Assembly: GCA_036172245.1 (NCBI GenBank)
Contig: JAYWIR010000030.1
Location: forward strand, 124,001-188,000
Origin: Raillietiella orientalis
Taxonomy: Eukaryota
Reading direction: 5' to 3'
Length of the DNA stretch: 64,000 nucleotides
Shown: positions 13,601-27,168 of the stretch, in pieces
How positions within the stretch are numbered: position 1 is the stretch's first letter
How the letters are laid out: each line of letters begins with the position of its first letter
Translations under genes and position numbers: made by a program
The notes under the pieces: generated by a model
Seen by the model: the letters and a program-made list of their open reading frames with translations, nothing else
What the model was told of the DNA's origin: nothing
Database searches by the model: none

Positions 13601-16600
13601 TCGCTTGCACCCGTTCCCTGGAAGGAGACCTCCAGGACGAAAGAGACGAGAGGACGTGCTTGGCCCCGCACCCTTCGCCGCGCTTGCAGACATCCCGGAA
13701 AGATTCCCCACTCATTCAGCTGGGATATTCCGGTGAAATTTCGGACTCCGACTTCAGTGCTGCTGCTGAAGATCGTCCGGTCGGAGGGAACAGGCGATCC
13801 CGACGGCTTCGGCCTGGACACGCAGTCGTCGACGAGCGCCACTTTTCAAGCTCCAGGTTTCGGAGCAGCTTCCTACCATTCCCTGGACGCACCGATGCTT
13901 TACATTATTTTTATTGATTTTGAATTTCAGTCGGTCGACAGGAGCGCTGGTGTCGCTCCGACATCAACTTTGGTTTCCGGAACCTTCCCTTAAGCCTTCT
14001 TTTTTTTTCCCCCTTCGAGTTCACCCGATTTCCTGAGGTCATTGAGGTCATTACGCAGATCTTTACAGAATACTGACTCGAAGGTCAGGTGCTCCCATTT
14101 CTTTATTACGTCACGCACCTACCCAAGGTCCAATCAAAATGCTCTTCTGTTCAAGAATGGTCATTTTCTCCGTGGGCGTTACCAGCAGGGTGTTTCCTTC
14201 TATAATGACCCGTGCCTTGCCCGCCTTTCCAAAGGCCTCGAGCTGGACCGAGAGCGCAAGAGGATGGTTGAAATCCGCCGGGTTTCCAGAGGTGGATTTA
14301 GCCGACGCTTCTCCGGAGCCTTGTCAGTGACGCGCCGCGCGGCACGTGGTCTCCAACGAACATCTGCAACAGTGGCTCCAGGTTACCGCGAGTTGGAAGG
14401 GAATGAAGAACAGTCCTTTCGACCACTTCCGCGCGCACACGACTGTACGTGACTTTTCGACACAACGGCAAAAAAAAGAAAATCAACAGAGCTTCCAGCC
14501 GGGTGGAGTCCTCTCGGCTTGGGGCTACTGACCAGAGATTCAGTTATCCGCCGCCGTGCAGGAGCATCCTACTTCTCCTTGCAGCCCAGCGAAGAGGTCC
14601 GTCGGCTTCGCCACTTGCGTTCCTCACAGGAAAAGACGACTGCAGAGAACCGAAGCGCACGGAGGGCTCAGCGCACAGAGAGCTCCGTTGCCTGGCAGCG
14701 TGACTCCAGATCGGCTCGTGCGGAGCTCTGCAGTGGCTGCTTGTTCTGCAGTGCCCCTCCCGGCGGCATTCGTTGCGGTACTGCTAGGGCTGGATGTGTG
14801 TGTCCCCTTCTGCCGTGCTGAATCTTGTTTTTTTTTCTTTTCCGAGCTCGAAATCCCGGTCGCTTTGCGCTCCGACCGAGAGATGACACTCTCGTTCCGA
14901 GCATCTCGCTTAGAGCATTTTAAGCACCCTCCCGCATCTCTCTGCATTCCGTTGCTACGTACCGCTGCCCTTTGCAACATTTTTCTTTCCGTATAGGGAC
15001 GTTGGCTATTTTTCGCTTGTGCTTCCAGGATGATCTGAGTGACAGCTCATTCCTTCGAGATTATTCTTCCGCGTTCTTTTCACCATTCTTCGAGCATCTC
15101 ATGCATCTTCCACGAACGGATCTCGACTCGCTTCATCTCATCAGCCCTTCGCCGTCCCAAAAGAGCGCGTATCCCTCCACTCCAGATTCCAGGGGTTGTT
15201 TGATAGAAGTCGAAATTACGAAATGACGAGAGTTCCCTTACAGAGAGCTGCGGATGAATTCAATTCGTGTCGGCCGTCTCCTCACGTTAGCCGAGGTCGG
15301 AGTCGACCTCTCGTGGGCGTCACCACCCTCTCCAAGCCAACACGTCCATTCTGTTTTCATTTCTTCGGCAGCGGAGGAGCCACCTTGAAGCTCATTTCGC
15401 CATCTTGACGCCTGCTCCAAGCGGTGCGTGCCGGAGGCGGCTTCACACATCAAAAATGACCCCCGAGAGAGCATAAGAAAAAGAGTGTTTGGTATAACAG
15501 GTGACCGACATACGAGAAGCAACCCGCCTTACCACCTCTGGTGTGGTTGCGGCCTCCGCGCGTAGCACCCAGAGTCGCTGGTTCGAATCCCCCATGCGGA
15601 GAATCGATGCCATGGAAAATGGAGGTGCGTCGTGGGTATCTAGCCCTCCCCACCCACACTTCAGGATGGCGCTGACTGGCCTATTCGGGTGCGGTGGCAC
15701 TGGTGGAAGCAGGATGCTCCCATCGACTGGCCGGGATTGGAAGTTGACCCCTTGGGATCCTTCCAGGAATCCAGGACCCCTCCTACTATGAAAGCGGAGC
15801 CGCCCTCCATCGCGAACCATGGAGCTGGTTGATGCCTTCCCAGAGTGGAAGGAGAGCTCAGCTCCCTTCGGGGAGCCACCCTTAGGAGAAATTTGGAAGC
15901 ATCTCTTCGAGGGTTCTCTTCAGAAGAGGAGGAAACGAGAAGCGGCCCCTTGAGGGTTCCCTCCGGAGGAGGTATCCAGGAGCGCGGATCCTCTCTGTGC
16001 TCCCTTCGGGGAAGAAACAATGGAGTAACCCCCTCCGGGGGACCCCTCCGGAGAGAACAAGAAAGAGGTTTCCTTTGGGATTCCCCCTATCGAGCGTAGG
16101 AGGGAGCGGACTCCTTTCTTTGGTCCCTACGGGGTTGCTTCCTAAACTGAAGGGTTAACACGCACCCTCGGGTGGCGTGGGCGGTGTCTGAAGAGCTTCG
16201 CGGACTCCCCTTAGGGAATCGAGCGGTTCTTCAGCATTTTCCGAACCATCTTCGGCGTTGGGTGTCTCTCTGTGTCAGCGTTGTCGTCACGTGCGTCGAT
16301 TGCTTCCCGATTTGCGCCAGAGATGGCAGTGCGACCGGGAGATTGAAGTCTCCATGGGGGCTCGCAGGCATCTACCGTACTCGCTTACCGCTTCCCAAGG
16401 ACGACGACGCGGTCCTCGGAAAGAAGTGCAGCTGTGCCGTGTCTCCCACTCCAGAGGGTCCCCTTTCACCACTGTCGCTGTCGACCAAAAAAGGTGCTAG
16501 AACGCGGCTCGATCTTTCCGGCGGAGGGAGGAGGGGGGAGCGAGGAGTTCCGAAATGGACCAAGGCCCCAGTAGCAGGCGAAGTGAGGTCGGCAGTCGCC

Positions 16601-17883
16601 TCGGCCGCCTCCGTCCAGACCTCTCAAGCGTGGAGATTTCTTCATGGCATGACGGACTCGCAGAATCTACCTGAAGCGTTCGGTGGTTCGCAGGGTACGC
16701 CTCTCCTCATCTTCGTTTGTTTGGTTTGATATTTGGTCATCTTCGGGCTCGCCCTGTCGGAGAAGAGTAGTACTTGGCAACCGACCCGGCCTCCACCACG
16801 AAACGCGGAACTCTTCCTCCTGCCAAGACGGTGTTGAGGTGGACGCGGTGCCGGAGGCGTGCTTGAGCTAAGCCGCTGAATTTCGCGGTTTCCCCCTTCG
16901 TGAATGTGAAAATCCTTCGGGAGCGTTTCCACCGCTTGACCGCCCACTTCTGGTTCCCTGATCCCTCTCTCTCTGTGCCACTCGAAGTTCCTGAACGTTC
17001 TGGGAATGCTTCCGTGTCCTCTCTCACCTCTTCTTCCAGGTGCCCTCTTTCAGCGGCTGCGTGAGACGGGTGAAGGCGAACCACCAGCAAATGCGTCTGA
17101 ACATCAGCAAGCAGTGGAGGCCCTGCCCCCTGTGGATTGAACGAGGATGGCATTTTTCAGGGAAGAGCTACATGGTTTCCCGTAAGCTATTTTTGTTTGC
17201 CCCCTCCCTGGACCACCAAGTCTTCGTTTCCCTTGAAGCTGACCAATTCTCTACGGAGGACCCCTTGCGAATTTCCTTGGAGTTCAAGACTTCGGAAGGG
17301 AAGGGGCACCTGATAGCCATCTCGGATCCCAAAGGAAGAATCGTTCTGGACGTACGCATGGACAACGGAATGGTAACGCGGCGGGATGTGACGTCGATCG
17401 ATTCCCGTGCATCCACTTGTGGTGCTCATCCAACCAGGTTATGTCTTCCGTGAGGTGGTCTTCGAGCATCCGAGGTCATCCGAATCAGACGGAAGCCGCT
17501 CCATCCAGCGTTTGCGACGGAAGGTGGCACCACGTCAAGCTGGAATGGTCGCGGAGAGAAAATCACGTGACACTGCTTCTGGACAAGGTCTCGAGCGTGA
17601 TTCGTCTGGACCACGCCGATTCACTGCAGCACGCGAGGCTGACGGCGTTCATCGGTGCCAACCCCCGTGAGTTTCTTCGTTCCTCATTTCTTGTTACTCT
17701 GTCCGTGATCTCTGTTTCTCTCCCTTTCTGTCCTTTTCTCTTCTAGGTGTCGCCTCGAGCTTTTTCAAAGGATGTTTACGCAACGTCGTGATTGGCCAGC
17801 GTAGCAAGAAAGATCTGCAGGATGCACATCACATACATGGACCCTTCTCCAAGTTTTGCCCGTCGAGCTACGCCACGCGTTAA
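4638..17883 (+). CDS. Laminin subunit alpha, LAMA1/2 (wing blister / lam-3)-like; 3' portion only (coiled-coil II plus five laminin G domains), 5' exons upstream of the window
   Basis: GT-AG exons with matching phases: 4638-4798, 4856-4994, 5055-5277, 5335-5508, 7934-8088, a cluster at 8144-11045, then 17040-17181 and further exons to 17747-17883 (TAA). Motifs: coiled-coil end RHRIDAIRKKIMGIRHVVSS; LG1 GGDCQRTY / SDFLAVEMVDRKIRFLWNNGGG / FMGCL; LG2 FVSLEMASGKV..KYNTGKW..FRGCV; LG3 FSGEGYLEL..YNDDHFH..FRGCI; LG4 VNDGQWH..FSGCV; LG5 SVCDGRWH..FKGCLRN. Confidence 0.93.
12079..12635 (+). mobile_element. tRNA-derived SINE, copy 1
   Basis: B-box GGTTCGAAT at 12122-12130. Body blocks (GGAAGTGGACCC..TTCCAGGAATC, GGTTCCCTTGCGGGTTCCC, ACACGCACCCTCGGTGG) are shared with the copies at 15.5, 31.3 and 59.0 kb. 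Confidence 0.8.
15530..16200 (+). mobile_element. tRNA-derived SINE, copy 2
   Basis: GTGTGGTTGCGG..GGTTCGAATCC (B-box 15580-15590), the shared body TATTCGGGTGCGGTGGCACTGG..GGAAGTTGACCC..TTCCAGGAATC, and the 3' block ACACGCACCCTCGGGTGG (~16158). Confidence 0.82.
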
Positions 17884-17942
17884 ATAATAGGAGTGCGTCA
17901 AAAGAATGAAACGTTATTTATTATTATTATTAAAAATGCAGT

Positions 17943-17948
17943 AATAAA
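17943..17948 (+). promoter_or_regulatory. Probable polyadenylation signal of the laminin gene
   Basis: AATAAA about 60 nt after the TAA stop, in a short AT-rich 3' UTR. Confidence 0.55.
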
Positions 17949-20087
17949 GAAAGTGGAATATGTTTCAATAGTTCAATACACTGGGGGCAGGGCCTCCACT
18001 GCTTTGCTGAGTCTGAAAGGTTGCAATCGCAAAGGAAACCACCAAGCCCCTCGCTCCGACAAGGTCGCCGGGGAAGCGGACTCTCCCCGTGGATTGCATG
18101 TGCGGCCGTTGCGACAGGAAGCAGACGTCCCACGGCTCCTTGGAGCTGTAGCGGGAACGTTGGCGTGACAGTGCATGGCTTTCGAAGCCACCTCTCATCT
18201 AAACCTCCCCGAAGTTCTTCTCTTTTTCCTTTTTCCCCTCCTCGACCCTTCGTCCTCGCAGTAACGCGAGCCAATCGTCCAGGGCTATTCCCTCCCCCTC
18301 GAGGCGACAAAGCACGGAGCCAAATAGGGGAACTTCCGAAGAATCGAATCGACCCACGCGAAGCGAGCGCGCCATTCGGGTCCTGGAGGGCAGCTCCATT
18401 CCCAGCCGGAACTCGCAGGAAGCGAATCGAAAGCAGCAGGGACAGTCTGGCCGGAACCAGGAGGCGGGAATCCCCCCTTTAGTCCGATGTCATTAAGTGC
18501 AATTTCTCTTCACGAACCGGTCTTCCGGCCGGCTGACGACACATTTCCCCCCAGCGAGATCACGCGATCAGCACCACCGCATTCACCCGGACCTCACACT
18601 CATTTCTCCGCTTTTGAGTCATCACCGGACGTGATGACTCTGGGGCAGCTGACCCGGGCCGTTTGAAAACCTCATCCTATTCAGAACCAGATTTTGGAAG
18701 GACGCTCGAAAAGCATTTGCATCGAAAAGCTTCCCTGCGGATGGGGGGCGCACACATGCGTCCGTAGAGGTGCATGCGTGTGGAATTCTGTGCATGTACA
18801 CACGTCGTGAGTGTACGCGTGTTTCCATACAGTGCGTGCGTGCGCAGTTCGTGTCGAGGCCGCCGTGGGGGGGCGTGCAAACGCGTGCAAACGCGTGTAG
18901 CCTTAACGACTAGTCCCACGCCGCCGATGCTTCTCTTTCGTTTCGAACCTGGCAACCGCTGACCGGTTTCCAGAGTTCCGCGAAGGGATCGCACAGGGAT
19001 GTTCCGCCGCCACTTTTGCTCTGACGTAGGGCTTTCGGGAATCCCCTCTTATGCGCGAGATAGGTGATCCCCGGAAGATGCAGCATGATAGGTCTCCGCG
19101 CAACTCGGGGGATACTTCCGCGTTACACGAGCCCTATGCGCTATACATGGATGGCGTAGTAGTGGTAATCATATGGAATGCATCTTAAACGTTACAGCAG
19201 AAGAATGTTTATTGCTTTACTTTGGAGAGAAAAGAAAAAAAGTGTTTCTATCTTGACTTGAATTTCCGAGTGTCCTTCGTGTTTAATCTGCTTCCGTTTC
19301 CGCAGTTTCCGCTCTGTCGTCATTCTCATCGGTGAAAGACGCATCTCACGCTGTTTTTTTCGCGAGAATTCCAACGAAACCAGCCTACTTCATTCCCGTG
19401 TTGGTGTTCCTTTCAAGCTGTGTACCGCACAGCGAAAATGTGTACGCACAGCGTACATCGTGCGGGGTGGATCTGCACCGCCCGATTCGAGGAGTGTCGC
19501 CATCTCGCCGCCGCAGCATAAGAGTCCGCGTCATGCGGGGGTGCACCATGCGTACACCGCCGCCGCCCTACGTTTCCCGAAAGCCGGGGCGACCGCGAGG
19601 GTCCAGGGAGGGTCCCAACTCGAGTTGCACGGCTCCTCTTTAATTCCATTCCTTTCCAGGTCATTTTGGTGGGTCATTCGCACAAACTGCGGCCGTCTCG
19701 ATGTTGCAAGTAATGATGGGCGGATGGCGCCAACAACCGCTCTGTCCCGGGTGATTTGGGCACGCCCACGTAGCGAAACCCTGTCCAAACTGCTCATGCG
19801 ATGCAACTGCCCCCCCTCCCCTTTCCCTCTCTCCGTTGTCCAACTTAAACACATGCCGAGCGTATGGTGACAGGAAGAACGTTTCTACTCGACGGGTGCT
19901 GTCGAAAACGAGAGGTTTGGAAGCGGGCTGGAAAAAAAAATAGAAGGCGCCACTCATTATGAGAAACGGGTGATTCCGAGCCCGGTGTTCATTCGGGAGG
20001 AAGAGTCGCGGATAAGGATACTTTCGTGTATGCTTTCCCACGACGCGCGCGCCTCCTCTGTCTTCTGCCGCAAGACGAAAAACAGGA

Positions 20088-20111
20088 AGAGAGAGAGAGA
20101 GAGAGAGAGAG
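20088..20111. repeat. (GA)n microsatellite
   Basis: Direct reading of the sequence. Confidence 0.9.
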
Positions 20112-21639
20112 AAAAAAATCACATTTCCACCTCACTCACGGCAACGGGTTGCCTTGACTGCACGGAGCTGCTGCTGCCGCTGCTCTACTCGCCCCCTCCG
20201 CAGATGGCGACAAGTGCGGGACGTTAGCGCGCAGCCTCCCGGAGCGTCTTCCGAACGAATCAGCCCGGGACCCTGGCCGAGGAAACGACGGGAGGGAGGA
20301 CCTGGAGGCATTGCCGGCTCTTAAGGATTCGGGTCGGCCGAGATTCCGACCCGAGAGCGAACGCGGGAGGGTGCGACGTCGCGCGCGCTCGCGCGGAACC
20401 AACCGGAAGGCGCGAAAAGCACGCGGGAATCCGAAACGGGAGACTTCCGCTCGCGGTGCGACCGGAAAGGAGACAACGCGGTGCGCGAAAGAAGTACGAG
20501 GGGGAGGGAGGGGGACCTCGCGCGCGCTGGCCGCGCCTCCGTTTTGTTTCCCGTTCCTCCTCCGCGGACTGCGTCCGCTCCTGGACGCGCCGCTGCCCCC
20601 GGCGGATCGATCCTCGACGGACGTTCTTTGCCAAAAGCGCCTCTTTGTCGGGTGAGGGCGAGGGCTGCTGCTGAGCGGTGGACAGAGCTCGGACGACCTT
20701 CGTTTCCTGGCCAACGGTGGGGGAGCGGACCAGAGGCGCAACTCCGGGGATGCCTGGCCTAGGAAGCGTCCTGTCGAACCTCACCATCATCCTCGCTGCG
20801 AGGAATTTCTCCCGGACCTACTCGCAGGTTCCTGAACTTGCGCGGGGTTACCTCCCCGCTTCGCTGAATCAGACCGCTGAACGGCTTCCAGTGGGGCGGG
20901 GAGTGGGTAAGGAGAGGAAATCGGCGTGGTGCACGAGCGATGAGGGCAGGACTGCATCCACCCACGTGCGTCGTGCAGCAGAGCCCAAGGCGATCGCTCG
21001 CCGGCTGAGGTGCGCCGCACGCGGAAGGAAATTCGGCCGTTTCGCCAGCGCACGACCGCCGAGGAAGGGAGAGCGAAAGCGTCCCACGCACCACGAAACC
21101 CCCAAGCCAAATGCTGCCTCACGTTCCTCCGTCTTGACCCGAATCACGCTTCTTGGTTCCACCTCGCGCTCTAATCCTTATTCGGAAGTCTCCGCCGCCT
21201 TCCTCTGGAGCGCCGAATCCCCGCTTTCTCCTCTTCATGGCACGATACGAGACGCTGCTTCGCGCCTTTCTACTTCGGGGCTTGCTCTCCCGGAAACCAG
21301 CGAAGCTCCCCACCCAGTTCCGCATCCTTAGAATACCTTCCTCGAGTCCAGCACCCGTAGAAGAACCAGGGTGGACTTTTAGCAACGGACGCAGCGCGTT
21401 GCCTGTGGGAAGGTTTTTACTCAGTGGCTCCGGGACGTTTGTTTGAAAAATAAACCACAAGTCCGAGTTGAACGGCGTCCTCTGAATACAAGAGATGCCA
21501 AAGAAAAAAAAAAAAAAAAGAACAAAATTTCATTGGGAGTAACCACCGGCACGTAGGCTGGATTCTAAAAAAGTAGGGAACGGAAAGAGGGAACAACAAA
21601 TATTTAGCAAAAGGACGGGAGGGTAGGGACAAAGGTTTC

Positions 21640-23560
21640 TAGAAGCGGCTGCGTATGGGTAAACTGATGACCTCTTCTGGCGGATGAGGCCACCTTGCAG
21701 CCGTCCTGATGAAGGCGGCTGCCATGCTGGTGACCTCCTTAAGCTGCGAACGAGACTCCGATACGTGGCGGGCTGTCCCCATGGAGCTGAGGCAGCAGAT
21801 CGTTGAGATCACGGTGCCCACCGCCAGCCCACCTTGCGTGAAGACGCGCTGCAGCAAGTTCGAATCGGTGGCCTGCGGATGATGGACCCCCCGAGGCTGG
21901 GCCATGTTCTCCAGTGCACCACAGTCCAGCCGGAGTTGTGGGAACGATTCTGTCGCATTAAACAGTTCGGGGACGTACAGTTCCCCCGGTAACCAGGTGT
22001 CTGAGCTGATTGCACTGGAATCCCCAGTGCAGAAACAGCAGAACATCTTCGTTTCCACTGAAGCGGGAATACGGAGGTGTCCATGCAAAGGGAAGGCACT
22101 ACAAGTTCTTCGGGAGTCACACCAAGCAGTTCATCCCACCGAAGGAGTCCCTTAGCCCGGGTATGAGGAGAGGCGCCGTCCCCAACCCGTTCGCCTTGCA
22201 ACCGTCGAGAGTTTCTCGACTCATGCCATTTTTCAGGACAACTCTCACCCCGCCGGTTGGCTGTCGCCTCTGCTTGCCCTGAGGGCGAACACTGCTGCAG
22301 CCAGGGGTGTAAGGGCTATTCGGGATCACTGCGTCCAGTCCTGCAGGAGATCTTCCCGCATAGAAGATTCTGTAGCGGTCTCAGTTCCTCGGCGCGCACT
22401 TCCAAAGTGCCTCATGCCACCAGGAGTTCCAGTTTTGGAGGCGGCAGGAGATCCACCAGAAGCGAGGACAGATGCCTGAGGGAATGACCGAATCCACCTA
22501 CGTGGGTTGCGCGGCAGCAGAGAAAGAAGTTCAGTGCTTTCAGCGCATCGCCGGAAGATGTGGCGTGTCGGAGCACACCGGTGACAAGTCCACAATTTGC
22601 CACAGAGGGTCAAAAGTCGGAACTGCTCCTGCAGTCCGATCTTGTGGAACCTGTGAAAGGAAGAGCACAGCGACCCCTTGACGCTTCTTAAATCGTTGAG
22701 GGACTGTGCACCGCAATTGCTCAGGATGTCGTGATCACTCACCTAGCCCCCGCGGGTTTTGAATCACGCGAACCCAATCTGCTCGGCAGTCCACGGAGCG
22801 AAAGAGCTTAAGGGCACCTCGGGTGGCGCCAAAACAGCGGATCTTCGATCGAGCACTTGACATGACTTCCAGGAGAAAATGACGCTCAGGAGGGGATTAC
22901 GGTGCCACCGAAACACCAGCTGCACTTTCGGGAAGGGATACCTCAGTCTGCGCCTACAAAATATCGGTGGGAGCTCCACTAAGAGGTTTGAACTTCGGGA
23001 AGAAGCTCAGATAGCTCCCTTTCCGAGCTTTTGGCTCTTCTTCTGCCGCACCGATTCCTAGACCCATTCCGGTTGACAACGCATTCCAGGAGCCCCTTCA
23101 GAGCTGACTTCACGGATACAGTCAGCTTACAGCACTACTGCTGCATCTTGTCCACCCCCCACCATGTCATCAACGGATGTTGTCGACCACTTGGTGTGTG
23201 CCGTTGAATACAAAAGCAAGGAGGATGCATCTGCTTGTGGAATGTGACTCAACAACAGGCACCCCAGCATCAGTCCCCCCAAATCGGTATCGAGTCGTTC
23301 TTGAGCTCTCGATGCAGGCCCCCAGGGGAAAACGGACTGGTCGCTGCTCGTTTCCGAACGCGGTTCGTTTGCTGAACGGTCCAACGAACTTTGCCATCCA
23401 CGGGCAATCCGAACGACGAGTCGGAAGCGGAAAGGCGACGACGGACTGCATGTCTGCGGTTAAACAGCAGTGTGAGAAATGGTAATTTGGGCTGCTGGAA
23501 GGTTTTGCCTCACGGTTTCGCATCCACCCGGTGTGTTCGCTTTTGCACTCGCCCGGAAGC
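21640..23560 (-). mobile_element. Decayed Ty3/Gypsy pol fragment (RT - connection/RNase H - integrase)
   Basis: In order on the - strand: FSKRTAF..VRFPLG (like KTAF..YEF..MPFG), TSVDDM (YxDD-like), FRW...AVLAPPEVPLSSFAPWTA (RT connection PVLA.PD...F.L.TDAS), and SSVRPQGK (integrase YHPQ.NG-like). Many frameshifts; no LTRs recognised. Confidence 0.6.
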
Positions 23561-25550
23561 ACCGCTACGTTATGACTTCCATTTTTTTTATTTTATTTTT
23601 TCCCCCCTCTTCCTCCCTCCCTCCCCCGTCCTCCACCCTTCCCTCCCTTTCTTCTGGCATGAACGGCGGTGCACGCGCTCCCCGAGGAAGCTGTTCTCGT
23701 ACTGCGCGCTCCGTTCCCACTTCCGCGTCGTGCCATGCCAAGATGTGGCAAGGAAGCTGCGGTTTCATTCGCCGTGCAGCACGGAGCGGATCAGCCCGCT
23801 GATTTGTGTCTTAATTGCCGTCATTCGCAATGAAATTAGCGCCAGAAATCACACATAACAACCCCGGCAGCGGACAACGGTAACCAACAGCGAAAATGCA
23901 TCCGTGGTAATTACGACGCTTTTCCGCTTAGCAATGGCGACCGATAGCAGAAAACGAACCGCCGAGCTTTGTTCTGTGCTGCTGAATACAAACCGAGGAG
24001 GGTGCAGCTGCTCGCGGAATCGGATGCAGCAGGCATCCCAGCATTCCTCTACGCTGCAGTAATTACACGATATTTTTCCGCCCAGAGATGGAGGCTAATG
24101 ACAGAGGGCGAACCACCATCGATGCAGCAGCTAACCTGTGATGCTAATTCGTGCGCTGCGTGCTGAAACAAGAGACGTCTGCAAACAAAAATCTCGTTCA
24201 GTCTCTTACGGTAACGCTGCTCCGTTTCTGTGAGGCACGTAAATCACTTTTGGAATCCGAGGGAGCTCGTGATTGCGTTCACCGGAAAGCGGACAGATGA
24301 ACGGCTCCTCCATAAACCTGCAGAGAAGATCCCGGCATGATGGAGGGCGCCGCGTGGGGGAGACCGCTCGGGAAGTCTAGCGCTTCGAGTCAGGTACAGA
24401 TCCTGTATCGGAGCAGCGTCCCACGGCACGAACGGGTCTCCTCCTCCCAAGCCCTCACCTAGTGGTGCACCTGATCGCACTGCAGATGCGTCCGGTAAGG
24501 ACGCAGTCAAGAGCGCTCGAAACGAGCGAGGGCTGCAAGAAGCTCTTCCGTGGAGGGCTCGTCACGCCCTGCCTGCAAGAGTGGGCAACCCCTTGAAGTG
24601 ATCTGAAGGGTGTTATAACTTACCAGAACGAAGAGCCCCGCCCTCTTCCCTCTCTGCCGTTTTATAGGAGATCCTGTTCAAAACGACCGCTGCTGTCGCG
24701 ATCTTCCTTATCGGCGAACGTGGCAGGAATAATATCCCAGGAGTCACACGATGGGGATGTGGATTCGATCGCCGCTGCCCTGCGTGTCCGCAGAGCTTTT
24801 GAAGTCGAGAGCCCCGGCACTGCTTCTCTCTTCTTCAGATTCGGACCATTTTTCCAGAAGCTCCCCCTGCCACCGCTGCACGCACTCCCTTCTCTCCTGT
24901 TCCGTGCTTGAGGAGGAGCGCTCTCCCGCTCGCAAATGGGGTCCCTCCATTCCTTCGCAAGACTCTCGAGGGAGGCTGGTCTGGGATCGACTGCTGAGGA
25001 GCCGCCTGCCAGGCTGGCTTGGGATCGCAGCAGACCCGACCCAAGCAAATCACCGGACGCATCCCGAAGGCGATGGCGCGTCGGGAAGACCGATGGAGGG
25101 TAACGTCCGGGGAAAGTCGGGTGCGTGCCCGCCCCGGGAAGTTCGATTACCAACCGGCGTGGCACTCGCCAGTCTCCGCCGCACCTGCGGCACTGGGCTT
25201 CGACCGCCCCAAGGGGAATCCTAAGGGGCGTGGTCACGGAACGTTTTCCTTACAGCAGGCCCCGGTCTGGCCCACAAGTCTCTCGTGACGTCATCCTCCT
25301 CCCCCGCACCCTGCAGGACCGGAGACGGTGGCTGGCAGCAACGAAAGGGGCGTGGCGAAATGCGGCGCCCATCCCTTGCGTCGCCTTGCCCCTCAAAGAT
25401 GGAAACAAGCAACGCGTAGCTTGGTCACTCTTCCCGCGACCTGAGCCAGTAGGTACGACCTTCGTGGTCGGCTCGTCACGCAGCTCGATAACCGCATGCG
25501 AGTTGCTCGTGCAGAGACTCGGAGATCCACGTGGCTTAGGCGCGTGTGGT

Positions 25551-25700
25551 GCGTTGCCACCTCGCAACGGAGACCTCATGAAGCCGCTTGCGGTCCCCCT
25601 GAGGCGGATCGCCGCCTCCTCGGAAAAACACCGATGGACCTCCCGCCTTCCCGTGGATCACAACGCGCGGAGGAAGAGGTTTCGTCCACTTGGAGACAGC
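25551..25700 (+). repeat. Interspersed repeat (family 2), copy A
   Basis: CGTTGCCACCTCGCA..CTGAGGCGGATCGCCG..TCCTCGGA..ACCTCCCGCCTTCCCGTGGA.CACAACG..GAGGAAGAGG matches the reverse complement of 28440-28572. Confidence 0.85.
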
Positions 25701-26146
25701 CGGCTGAGGCGGCCACACCCTGCTTCCTACTCGAAATGGAGAGGCATGTAGAAATTCCACCCCCTTGGAACTCACGATCCTCCCACTCGAACAGCTCCTT
25801 TCTCCCCCCCCCCCTCCCTTAGGTAGCAGCCCGCGGCCTTGCTCCTCGTGCAGTTCGAGCTTCCCGCGCCACCAGCACCGGCATCTCCGGACGAGGGAGA
25901 TGGAGTCTTTCCGAGCTGCGTCAGGTCTGGAGGAGGGAAAGTGCATTTGGACTGTGAGACCCTCTCCCTCCCCCCCCTTCCTCCGGTGAATTTGGAAGCG
26001 CCTCGTAGCTGCCCTGCTTCGTCCTGGCATTCAGACACCCGGAAGGAGCTGCAGATGCACTGCTTCGCACGAGTGGCGCTTTGTTATCCCTGTCGCCACG
26101 ATCGCCTGGTCCTGCATTTTCACCCGGGCATGCCGGGACGCGTTTA

Positions 26147-26150
<4 letters not shown>

Positions 26151-26220
<70 letters not shown>

Positions 26221-27168
26221 AATACACATACACATATATTGTAGTATATATACACATATATTGTAATACATGTACGCATATATTGTAATATATATCAATA
26301 TATATGAATATATTAATCCACTGTAACATACATAAATATATTGTAATATGTATTGTAATTTATATATGGATGCGTACTTTTTCTGAAAAATTTTATTGTG
26401 AAGATGTGTGTTTATGTACACATATATGTATGTATCTCTGCAATTTATTGTAAAGCATTTTATTCTAAAGATCATACATGTATATATCTTTGCCATATAT
26501 AATGCCTTAGATAAACATAAATAATGGTATATATACATGCATAATATATACCTATATGAGCATATGCTATATGTTCGCTATATACACACTATACGCGCTG
26601 TATACGCTATAGTATGAATAGTATGAACATACAACACATACTATGCACATATGCAAACATACACTAAACATACTGTATATGCATTCTATACATAACATTC
26701 TATATAAACTAATGCATTGTGCGCACTGTATATACACTATGTACGCACTGAATAGACTATGCATACTATATGCGCTATGTGCACGATGTGCTGCACAGAC
26801 TTTATGCACTGTACACACTATGTGTACTGCATACAGTATGTGCCATATATAGACTATATACCCTACATGCACCCTAAATGCATGCACATACACTATATCG
26901 AACAAAGCGTGTCTAGTATGCACATTATGTATACTAGACACGTATAGTGTGTGTGTACTATATACGGGAATATACACTATATGTCAGTATATATACTATG
27001 TATATACTATACACTACATGTGTGTGTATAGTATGCACATCCAGGGTATAGACACTATACGTGTGTACCATATATACTACATATATGTATATGTATGTAT
27101 ATATATACATGTGTGTGTATATGCATACACACACTATACTGTACTATAATAAAATCTTTCAGAAGAAA
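26151..27168. repeat. (TA)n microsatellite plus degenerate TA/CA-rich low-complexity block
   Basis: Pure (TA)n at ~26152-26217, then degenerate TATAC/TATGC repeats. An imperfect inverted repeat lies at 26377-26399 / 27146-27168. Confidence 0.9.

Noticed and set aside
10321..13993. Long ORFs 10321-11652 (-), 11500-12501 (+) and 12884-13993 (+)
   Set aside because: R/P/S/A-rich shadow ORFs of GC-rich DNA crossing laminin exons, a SINE and cadherin remnants; no coherent domain.
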